Positions 8,365-15,905 of a stretch of DNA of 32,000 nt are shown here, one piece after another; the first letter of the stretch is position 1, and the number at the start of each line of letters is the position of its first letter. Source of the stretch: Pyrodictium delaneyi (GTDB taxonomy: Archaea > Thermoproteota > Thermoprotei_A > Sulfolobales > Pyrodictiaceae); NCBI RefSeq assembly GCF_001412615.1, contig NZ_CP013011.1, positions 1,740,001 to 1,772,000 of the forward strand, given 5' to 3'. The notes under the pieces are model-generated. The model searched no databases, was not told where the DNA came from, and worked only from the letters and a program-made list of their open reading frames with translations. The translations under genes were made by a program, and so were the position numbers.

Positions 8365-8997
8365 TTGACTAGGCCGCTCGAAATAGTCCTCTCGGATATA
8401 GCGTCAATGCTAGACAAACTCTTCGATGAAGCAATGGCTGCTCTCGACAAGGCTATGAAACTCGTATCCGGTGAAGAGAGGGATGCTGTCCAGGTAACCG
8501 AGCACAGCCGTGAAGCTGGAAAACTACGCCAATGGATAGTCGAAAAATCAGTAGAGGCCCTTGCCAGGTTCCAGCCAATGGCTAGCGACCTTAGGAGAAT
8601 AACCGCATACATGGAGGCATCCTACGACCTTTTCCGTGTCTCCCGCTACGCTCTCGAGATAGCCCGCCTCTATGAACGCATGCCACTGGACTGCGGAGAT
8701 ACAGCTAGGGAAGTTACGCAGCTCCGTGAGAAAGTAGAGGAAATGCTTTCCATGGCATACATGGCGCTCCAGAGCGAAGACGCGCAGAAGGCCCGCTCGG
8801 TACTAGCGCTCGACGAAGAGATAGACCGGGTATACATAGAGGCTCTCGATAGTCTATCTAGAAGCGAGAGCCTTGATCGCTGTGAGGTCGCTAGGCTACT
8901 CCTTCTACGCCACCTAGAGAGGATAGCTGATCACGCAGTTTACATAGCATCAGCGGCGTATTATGTGGCTACAGGAGAACGTCTAGAACCAAATTAG
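8365..8997 (+). CDS. phoU: PhoU-family phosphate-signalling regulator (two PhoU repeats)
   Basis: Helical ~210-aa protein with repeat-end motifs 'RVSRYALEIA' and 'LERIADHAVYIA'. The start is TTG, with ATG 8410 as an alternative. No pst genes are nearby. Confidence 0.75.
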   Translation: MTRPLEIVLSDIASMLDKLFDEAMAALDKAMKLVSGEERDAVQVTEHSREAGKLRQWIVEKSVEALARFQPMASDLRRITAYMEASYDLFRVSRYALEIARLYERMPLDCGDTAREVTQLREKVEEMLSMAYMALQSEDAQKARSVLALDEEIDRVYIEALDSLSRSESLDRCEVARLLLLRHLERIADHAVYIASAAYYVATGERLEPN

Positions 8998-9058
8998 CCC
9001 AGACTATATGACTAAAGAATGAGAGTAAACCGAGGGATGGGGATCTAAACTAGTATCA

Positions 9059-9502
9059 TTATATCATCATTGTTGATGGTCTTCTGCCAGCAGCCTCTTC
9101 CTCCTCGCCAATCTGTTTCACGGCAGCAACTAGCGGGTTGAGCTTACCCTCCCGTGCTAGCTCCTCGAGGAGCTTCCTCACATCACTTGTATGCTTGATG
9201 TCTATCTCCAAGAGCTGCTGGAGTACGTCATACATAACCTTCCATACCTCTACCAGCATTTCTCTAGGCACATGGGCTATTATGACAGGATCCTGGAGCC
9301 AGTTGTCGAAAGCCTTTATCGTGCGCATCATGTGCTGGAATGCTGCGCGGGTAGCTACTATAAGGTCTAGCCTGTCGCCTTGCTCGACCTTCTCAGCGGT
9401 CTCCCGGAAGGTCTCCAGCAGCTTCTTCTGCATGCGGACCCATTCATCGAGTTGCTTGAGAAAAGCATAGTCTATCACGCGTACCTCACCTGGTCTACTC
9501 AA
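9059..9502 (-). CDS. Conserved-looking all-helical hypothetical protein (possibly an archaeal DUF family; not verifiable here)
   Basis: 147-aa ORF with ATG start, amphipathic helices and an acidic C-terminal tail (GEEEEAAGRR). No catalytic motif was recognised. Confidence 0.6.
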   Translation of the reverse strand: MSRPGEVRVIDYAFLKQLDEWVRMQKKLLETFRETAEKVEQGDRLDLIVATRAAFQHMMRTIKAFDNWLQDPVIIAHVPREMLVEVWKVMYDVLQQLLEIDIKHTSDVRKLLEELAREGKLNPLVAAVKQIGEEEEAAGRRPSTMMI

Positions 9503-9625
9503 GGCTATACTCCCCTCTCATACAATATTATCTGCTCCGCTTTAGAACACTACATGCCCTCAAGATTAGCTTAGAATAACCATCCCTTAGTAGCTATAGT
9601 AGTGTAAGGCCCCTCAAAAACTCTT

Positions 9626-9662
9626 CCATAGTGTTAGGGCAAGTATAGATGAGAAGTAGGAG
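9626..9662. repeat. Intergenic composite motif B (CCATAGTGTTAG GGCAAGTATAG ATGAGAAGTAGGAG)
   Basis: Contains the same 12-mer and 11-mer as motif A. A degenerate half copy 'ctatagtagtgtaagg' lies at ~9593-9608. Confidence 0.8.
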
Positions 9663-9670
9663 ACGTAACA

Positions 9671-11164
9671 CTAGGAGCTAGCAGAGAGTCTTCCGTTGTT
9701 GTCATGATGCTCCATAGGTATACGGCGGAGAACTAGCATAGTATAGGTTTCTCGCACACCCCGCGTACTACGTATAGCCTCTACAACCTGGTTAAGCTCC
9801 ACGGGATTCTTAGCCCTCACCCTTAGGAGTATATCGTTCTCACCGGTGACCTCGGCGACCTCCTCGACACCGGGTATAATGCTCAAGCGCCTCGCTACAG
9901 TAGTCGTGTAGATGTTGGCCTCACACTTAACTGTAACCAGGGCCTCTATCTCCTCTGGTGGCCTGGGCCGTAGCGCTCGCCCGGTAACCTCCTCAGCTAT
10001 CTCCAGCAGATCCTCATCCCTTAGCCACCTTGCGCCACTGCGCTGCTTAACCCTTCGAAGTATCTCTACTAGCTCTTCCTCGGAGACTCTTACACCGAGC
10101 CTCTCAAGCCTAGCCTGTAGCGCACGCCGCCCAGTATACTTGTCTATAGTATAGTCGCGGCTCCTCCCAACCCACTCTGGCGGATATGGCTCATAGGTCT
10201 CCGGGTTAGCTAGAACGCCGGCTACGTGTACCCCTGCCTTATGTACGAAAGCGTTCTCGCCGACAACAGGCGCGGTGGGTGGCACGGGTATACCGCTGTA
10301 CCTTTCGACGAGCCTCGAGAGTCTGGTTACACGGCGTAGATCCACTACGTCTATCCCGTAGTGTCGCTTGAGAGCTACAGCTACTTGCTCTAGGGGCGCT
10401 ATCCCGGACCTCTCACCGAGACCGTTAACGGTCACATGGATTATCGTTGCACCTCCTTCGACAGCAGCAAGGCTGTTAGCCACAGCCATGCCGAGGTCGT
10501 TGTGCGCGTGTATATCATACTCTACTCCCGGCTCGTCTTGTGTAAGCCTCTCAAAGAGTCTGCGTATAGCATAAGGAGTCGCTATGCCCACAGTGTCGGC
10601 TATCGATACTCTGTCGGCGCCTGCCTCGCGCGCAGTCCTCACGGCTTCCAGGAGGAAGCTGTAGTCAGCCCTAGTCGCGTCCTCGGCAGTGAAACGCACT
10701 CTTACCCCATGTTGCCTCGCGTACTCTATCATCTCGCCTATAATGGAGAGGGCCTCCTCCCGGGTAACCTTGTGCTTATACTTCAGGTGGACATCGCTGA
10801 CACCGTAGAAGATAGCTATACGGTCCGGCTCGAGCTCGGCGGCGACCTCGATGTCTTTCTTAACAGCCCGGCTGTGAGCGACGATCTCTGCCCGCCTTAT
10901 CACGCCCTCCCGCTTCATCCCTATAATCCTCTTAACGGCCTCGTAGACGTCAGGAGCAACGTTAGGATGGCCAGCCTCTATCATCGAGACTCCTATCTCG
11001 TCGAGCAGCCGGGCTATCTCCAGCTTCTGCTCTACAGTGAAGCTTACACCGGGTGTCTGCTCACCCTCACGTAGAGTAGAGTCTAGCAATCCTACACGTA
11101 GCCGGCGCGGCCAGGGGCCGCCGACACCGCCTAGACATGTCACGCCGTTACTACACTCGCTCAT
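9671..11164 (-). CDS. Homocitrate / 2-isopropylmalate / citramalate synthase family enzyme with C-terminal AsnC-type RAM (ACT-like) regulatory domain
   Basis: HMGL-like barrel motifs 'LDSTLREGEQTPGV' and 'HAHNDLGMAVANSLAAVEGGA...NGLGERSGIAPLE'. The last ~75 aa ('VTVKCEANIY...GVEEVAEVTGENDILLRVRAKNPVELNQVVEAIRSTRGVRETYTMLVL') look like an Lrp/AsnC ligand-binding domain. The track start TTG 11218 adds 18 unlikely residues, so ATG 11164 is preferred. Confidence 0.85.
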   Translation of the reverse strand: MSECSNGVTCLGGVGGPWPRRLRVGLLDSTLREGEQTPGVSFTVEQKLEIARLLDEIGVSMIEAGHPNVAPDVYEAVKRIIGMKREGVIRRAEIVAHSRAVKKDIEVAAELEPDRIAIFYGVSDVHLKYKHKVTREEALSIIGEMIEYARQHGVRVRFTAEDATRADYSFLLEAVRTAREAGADRVSIADTVGIATPYAIRRLFERLTQDEPGVEYDIHAHNDLGMAVANSLAAVEGGATIIHVTVNGLGERSGIAPLEQVAVALKRHYGIDVVDLRRVTRLSRLVERYSGIPVPPTAPVVGENAFVHKAGVHVAGVLANPETYEPYPPEWVGRSRDYTIDKYTGRRALQARLERLGVRVSEEELVEILRRVKQRSGARWLRDEDLLEIAEEVTGRALRPRPPEEIEALVTVKCEANIYTTTVARRLSIIPGVEEVAEVTGENDILLRVRAKNPVELNQVVEAIRSTRGVRETYTMLVLRRIPMEHHDNNGRLSASS

Positions 11165-11344
11165 GGCCTTACACGCTCCGCTGGGTGCGGACCTATAGAC
11201 CCAGAGGTGCTGATTCAAGGTGCTGGGGTGAAAGAATCTACGGAGGAGCTGGGAGCGAAACCAGCACCAGGAGTCATACTAGAATACTAGGAGGGGGGAC
11301 ACAGGAGGCTGAGATAGGGCAGGCGGGGAGACAAAGTAAGGGGC

Positions 11345-12196
11345 TTAGACAAATTCTGGCTCGACGGGCTCTGGTATCAGCTTCTCGTCCCACGCCATCT
11401 GGTATAGAAGTATGTGGGCTTGACGCCCCTCCGGCCCCATATCTAGCGTCCGCTCGTTAACGTACATCCTTACAAACTTGTCGAGCTGCTCTCTAGTGCC
11501 GCTCCGCGCAAACCTACTAGCATACTCTAACGCCTCTGTGTGACGGTTCCACGCGTACCTAATACTCTCCTGGAGCGCCTTTCGGAGAGCTTGTGCAGTC
11601 TCTAAGCCGAGCCTCTTGGAGACGATGTCAACACCCAGCGGCATGGGAAGTCCTTTGGCAGTATTGCTCCACCATTCCCAGAGATCAATCACCTTGACGA
11701 GCCCCATCTCTCTGTATGTAAGCTGGGCTTCGTGAATCAATAGTCCTGCATCAGCCTCGCCCCGGAGCACCATGTCGGGTATCCTGTCGAACCTGGCAAA
11801 GATCTCCTGGTAGCCACCCCCTGTCGCAAGGCGTAGAAGTAGCCTCGCAGTCGTATACCTACCAGGCACAGCCACTTTGGCGCCTTCAAGGCTCCTTAGT
11901 GGCCTTCGCGAGACCACTATAGGGCCATAGCCCTCGCCCATACTAGCTCCAGCAACCATCATGTAATAACGCTCAGCTATGTAGGCGAATGCATGAGCAC
12001 TAGCAGCAGTAACCTCGACCTCCCAGCCTTCCTCTACTAGCCGGCGGTTAAGCGTCTCAATGTCCTCCACTATGTGCTCTACACGGTCAAAACCAGGTAT
12101 CCTCACAGCCCCCGAAACTATTCCATAGAACATGTAAGCGTCGTCGGGATCGGGGGTGTGAGCTATACGTAGCACTGCCAGGGCACACGCCACCAT
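11345..12196 (-). CDS. mqnD: 1,4-dihydroxy-6-naphthoate synthase (MqnD; MqnA/MqnD periplasmic-binding-protein-like family)
   Basis: Motifs 'IAHTPDPDDAYMFYG', 'ADAGLLIHEAQLTY' and 'DLWEWW...GLPMPLG' match my recollection of MqnD signatures. Confidence 0.75.
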   Translation of the reverse strand: MVACALAVLRIAHTPDPDDAYMFYGIVSGAVRIPGFDRVEHIVEDIETLNRRLVEEGWEVEVTAASAHAFAYIAERYYMMVAGASMGEGYGPIVVSRRPLRSLEGAKVAVPGRYTTARLLLRLATGGGYQEIFARFDRIPDMVLRGEADAGLLIHEAQLTYREMGLVKVIDLWEWWSNTAKGLPMPLGVDIVSKRLGLETAQALRKALQESIRYAWNRHTEALEYASRFARSGTREQLDKFVRMYVNERTLDMGPEGRQAHILLYQMAWDEKLIPEPVEPEFV

Positions 12197-12274
12197 GAGT
12201 GGAGCAGTGGAGGTTCCTCCAACCTAAAAGGAATTTTCTTTTTACAGCCCCCGAAGCGGTTTCCGTCACTGAGA

Positions 12275-13162
12275 TTACCTTCTACCTCTTACCTTCTTTA
12301 GCAACCATGTTGACGAGGCTATCACTGGATCAGCATGACCTACGTCGAACAATCTTGCTAGCGGCTTGCACTTAGCCCTTAAGAGGAATATTGTATAAGC
12401 TTCAGCGGCGGTCTCAGGATAATCCAAGAATGCCTCAAGATTTGCAATACCCTTCACAAGGATGAGGGAACCATGGCCTAGGAGTCTCCGTGCCTCCTTT
12501 GCGGCCCTAGGATGGAAGACTGGGTATCTACCGCCCGTACCTATTATCCACGCTCTTGGTGCAATCTTAGCAGCAAGACCTACGGCCTCGTCACGGGTTA
12601 CGTCGACCTCATAAGGCTCACTTCTAACCACCATGTAGAGCGGCTTACCATACTTTGTAGCTAGTTGCCATGCCGCAGCGATGTCGAACACTGCTTCGCC
12701 AGCGTTATCTAGAACTACTACAATCCTCTCAGCAGCCTCAAGGAGTCTATCGATATCGTGCTCAGAGATGCCTAGCCACACAGGCCGGTCTCGGAGCCCG
12801 CGCAGAAGCTTCTCTATTCCAGGCGTATATCCGGGCATTGGTATATCGACGCCATTAGCTGCAGCCATAAGGGATAATAGCTCTGACGTAGACATGGAAT
12901 CGATGTCAAGTGCCCCCAGTGCTTCTAAAGCAGCCTTGTTGAGAGCGTTCTTGCGGTCACGATAGAGATCCTTAACTCCAACAAGCTTCTCAAGATAATC
13001 GTAGGATTCGACGAACACAGTTGTACGGCTAGGCCACCTAGCTACAAGCTCAGCTGCCTTAGCCAACATACGTGCTTGTCTCTCCCGATCCCCGGCTAGG
13101 AACTGGAGCCTCCCGTAGACTAGACAGAATACGCAATCAAGAGGATCTAGTGGTTCTCTCAT
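12275..13162 (-). CDS. DUF89-family metal-dependent damage-control phosphatase
   Basis: Signature 'VVLDNAGEAVFD' (DNxGE..D) and 'VKGIANLEAF' (KGxANxE). The track start TTG 13207 is possible, but ATG 13162 is preferred. Confidence 0.75.
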   Translation of the reverse strand: MREPLDPLDCVFCLVYGRLQFLAGDRERQARMLAKAAELVARWPSRTTVFVESYDYLEKLVGVKDLYRDRKNALNKAALEALGALDIDSMSTSELLSLMAAANGVDIPMPGYTPGIEKLLRGLRDRPVWLGISEHDIDRLLEAAERIVVVLDNAGEAVFDIAAAWQLATKYGKPLYMVVRSEPYEVDVTRDEAVGLAAKIAPRAWIIGTGGRYPVFHPRAAKEARRLLGHGSLILVKGIANLEAFLDYPETAAEAYTIFLLRAKCKPLARLFDVGHADPVIASSTWLLKKVRGRR

Positions 13163-13537
13163 TCTCTTAGTAACCGCGAATCCAGCTCCACATCCTCCAC
13201 CCCGCAACTATATTGATCGGAACCCTAGGCCACTACCTAAGGCCTCAGACTGTGGGAGCAGTAACTCATCCCTTTTAAAGCTAGCTATAAGCTTCACATC
13301 ATCTGACATATAGCTATGAAAGCCTTCCATTCATGGAACTAGGTGGCAGCGTACTAGCATCCTCTTTACGTGATGATAGGGGTATAGAACTGTGTCAGTA
13401 TATTGCGCTGAGCATAGGGTTAAATAATAATCACAAATTGTATATGGAGTTCAACACGTACCGCAGACGAAAAGCTATACAGTAGCCTCCAATATCATTA
13501 TAAAGTTACGTGGTGGGTCGGAGGTCTCGACTCTAAG

Positions 13538-14362
13538 ATGCCTACAAGCCAAGCCGTAACGACCGAACTAGAAGGTATGTTAGCAGCTCTCATCGGGCTA
13601 CTAGTAGTCCTCATAGTACTCATGTATAGTATCAGGATCATCCGTGAATATGAACGCGCAGTTGTCTTCAGACTTGGCAGAATCATAGGCATAAAAGGCC
13701 CTGGTATAGTCATTGTCATACCTATAATAGACAAGATAGTCGTGATAGATCTGCGTATACATACTGTGGACGTGCCTCGGCAACGAATAATTACTCGTGA
13801 TAATGTAGAAGTCTCTGTGGATGCAGTAGTATACTATCGCGTACAAGACCCTCTTAAAGCTGTACTAACTGTACGCAACTACCACTTAGCAGTAACTATG
13901 CTAGCACAGACAGTGCTACGAGACATAATCGGGAAAAGCGAGCTAGACGACCTGCTCATGAAACGTGAGGAACTAAACAAGGAGCTCCAGAAGATACTTG
14001 ACGAACTAACGGACCCCTGGGGGATTAAGGTAACAGCAGTAACTATCAAGGAGGTCGTGCTACCCGAGGGTATGGTCCGGGCTATGGCCAGGCAGGCAGA
14101 GGCTGAGAGGTGGAGAAGAGCCAAGATAATAGAAGCTGAGGGTGAGCGCCAGGCAGCTAAGATACTTGCAGAAGCTGCTGAGCTATACGAGAGACACCCA
14201 GCCGCACTCCGGCTTAGAGAGCTGCAAACGCTGATAGAGGTAGCTAAGGAGAAGAATATGCTAATCTTCTACCCTCTAGGCTTGGGTGCTGAGGGTGCTA
14301 CAGCAGCAGCACTTGGCCTGGCAAGTGCTTATTTAAAAGGGCGCAGAAATGACGGCGATTAA
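13538..14362 (+). CDS. Stomatin/prohibitin-type SPFH (band 7) membrane protein
   Basis: N-terminal TM helix 'LIGLLVVLIVLMYSIRII', SPFH core 'EYERAVVFRLGR', and coiled-coil 'AEAERWRRAKIIEAEGERQAAKILAEAA'. Confidence 0.9.
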   Translation: MPTSQAVTTELEGMLAALIGLLVVLIVLMYSIRIIREYERAVVFRLGRIIGIKGPGIVIVIPIIDKIVVIDLRIHTVDVPRQRIITRDNVEVSVDAVVYYRVQDPLKAVLTVRNYHLAVTMLAQTVLRDIIGKSELDDLLMKREELNKELQKILDELTDPWGIKVTAVTIKEVVLPEGMVRAMARQAEAERWRRAKIIEAEGERQAAKILAEAAELYERHPAALRLRELQTLIEVAKEKNMLIFYPLGLGAEGATAAALGLASAYLKGRRNDGD

Positions 14363-14498
14363 TGTTTGCCTTACTTCGCGGAGTATAGTGTAAGGAGTAA
14401 TATGTTTTTAAAATCTAGTATTAAAGTTCTATTATTATGGGAATAGTTTTAGATATGGAGTAAAATTTAGTTAAAGCTATAGTGCTAATGGATAACAG

Positions 14499-14507
14499 TT
14501 TTTATAG
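14499..14507 (+). promoter_or_regulatory. TATA box candidate for the Roadblock gene
   Basis: 'tttttatag' lies in a very AT-rich spacer, ~35-45 nt upstream of GTG 14541 / ATG 14553. Confidence 0.4.
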
Positions 14508-14540
14508 CTAGAGAGCCCTAGAAAGACTGGTGCACAAAAA

Positions 14541-14900
14541 GTGTCTTCGCCGATGAGGGTCGTACTTACAGATTTCACTAGAATAGAGGGTGTACAGGCT
14601 GCAGCAATAGTTTCCAAGGACGGTTTTGTCATAGACCATGTATTCACGGGTGAAGCTAGTTTCGATCCGGACTCGTTAGCGGCAATGGTCACAACACTTT
14701 ATGGTGCGGCTACTCGTCTGGGAGATGAGCTAAATCTTGGTGAAATAACTGGTGTAATAATTGAGTACCGTAATAGCTACATGCTCTTCGATGATGTAGG
14801 TGAAGCGCTAGTAGTTATTGTGGCAGATCGTCGTGCCATATTGGGACGACTGCGGTATGAGTTGAGAAAACAAAGAGAACGTATTAAGAGCGTACTTTAA
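14541..14900 (+). CDS. Roadblock/LC7 (MglB-like) domain protein
   Basis: ~119 aa. 'VQAAAIVSKDGFVIDHV', 'LAAMVTTLYGAATRLGDELNLGE' and 'YMLFDDVGEALVVIVAD' fit the alpha-beta-alpha Roadblock pattern. ATG 14553 is an alternative start. Confidence 0.75.
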   Translation: MSSPMRVVLTDFTRIEGVQAAAIVSKDGFVIDHVFTGEASFDPDSLAAMVTTLYGAATRLGDELNLGEITGVIIEYRNSYMLFDDVGEALVVIVADRRAILGRLRYELRKQRERIKSVL

Positions 14901-15087
14901 CGGCCCATCACATGTGTTGAATAGAAGTGGCACGTGAGTATACTCAATCGTCAATTTCAAGTACTATCATACTGTTTTAAATTTATATGCTATGATTTCT
15001 TAAACTGAAATATGAGAATATGGTAGCATTGCTGTAAACTACAAATGAAGTGTGATGGAGGGTCGGCTGGGTAACCGCTAGGCCATC

Positions 15088-15125
15088 CCCCGGAACCTTA
15101 TCCCGGGGTCGCTCTCCCCGAAAAA
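15088..15125 (-). terminator. Terminator region after upp: T5 tract (15121-15125, minus strand) followed by a GC hairpin (CCCCGG/CCGGGG, 15088-15093 with 15103-15108)
   Basis: On the minus strand 'ggatctttttcgggg' begins ~25 nt after the upp stop. A 6-bp GC stem with a 9-nt loop follows. The region is convergent with the Roadblock gene. Confidence 0.35.
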
Positions 15126-15150
15126 GATCCTCATCCCCATAGTTGTGATT

Positions 15151-15813
15151 TTAGCCGAAGCAACGGTCTCCGGCATCCCCGAGTCCAGGTACTATGAAGC
15201 CATGTTCGTTGAGCACTGGATCAACGGCGGCGGTCACAATGTAGGCGGTACTGGCTGCCTCCAAGACTCTTTCTATACCCTGCATGGTTGTTATGAGTGA
15301 GATTATTACCATTCGGCGTGGCTTCTGCTTGGCTACCCGCTCTGCTACCCGGGCTAGAGTGCTACCAGTTGCCAGCATCGGGTCGACGAGAATGACATCC
15401 CGGCCCTCTATTGTTGGTAGTTTCCAGTAAGGCGTGTTTACATCAAAGACCATTCTGCCATCTACTCTCCGGCCTGTATCTTCCAGCCGCGAGGCAGCTA
15501 CGAAGCCTAGGGAGGCTCGAGGGTAGACCTTCACAACACCCATAGCCATGGGTAGAGCGGCTCGCAGGACAGCTATCACCGATAACTCCTCGTCTGCTAC
15601 CCGTAGCCCCTGGGCTCGGACTCCTAGCGGCGTCTCTACCTCGTCACGGCGTGTCGAGAGTAGCCGGCCAGCCTCGTAGCCTAGCAGAAGGCCAGCAAGC
15701 TCGAGTAGCTCGCGGAAACGGTGCCTCGGGGTGGAACGGTCACGCAACTCTAAGAGGATACCCTGAAGAGCAGGGTTGTCTATTACGTGTATGTTGCCCC
15801 TTTCTGCCGGCAC
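15151..15813 (-). CDS. upp: Uracil phosphoribosyltransferase
   Basis: PRPP-binding loop 'VILVDPMLATGST' and C-terminal 'PGLGDAGDRCFG'. GTG start. Confidence 0.9.
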   Translation of the reverse strand: MPAERGNIHVIDNPALQGILLELRDRSTPRHRFRELLELAGLLLGYEAGRLLSTRRDEVETPLGVRAQGLRVADEELSVIAVLRAALPMAMGVVKVYPRASLGFVAASRLEDTGRRVDGRMVFDVNTPYWKLPTIEGRDVILVDPMLATGSTLARVAERVAKQKPRRMVIISLITTMQGIERVLEAASTAYIVTAAVDPVLNEHGFIVPGLGDAGDRCFG

Positions 15814-15905
15814 CCTGCAGCCCAGTAGACGTGACAGCCCTCCCGGCTCCAGGGATTATTAAAGCCTCTATAGATCCATCCTCGCCTCTCCAGGTGTGCT
15901 AGGCT

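Noticed and set aside
10436-11074. 212-aa plus-strand ORF
   Set aside because: It is entirely antisense to the well-supported synthase gene. It has no recognisable motif, and its Ser/Leu/Arg/Tyr-rich composition is typical of shadow frames.
11137-11460. 107-aa plus-strand ORF across the purine-rich spacer
   Set aside because: It overlaps both flanking minus-strand genes, and its Gly/Arg-rich sequence simply reflects the purine tract.
13235-13292. Possible C/D-box sRNA on the minus strand (AUGAUGU ... GGAUGAG ... CUGA, 58 nt)
   Set aside because: The C box is imperfect, no credible D' box exists, and there is no terminal stem. The segment also overlaps the likely 'tttaaaag' TATA region of the DUF89 gene. 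A similar plus-strand candidate (GUGAUGA at 13370 to CUGA at 13411) is only 42 nt, too short for a dual-guide sRNA.
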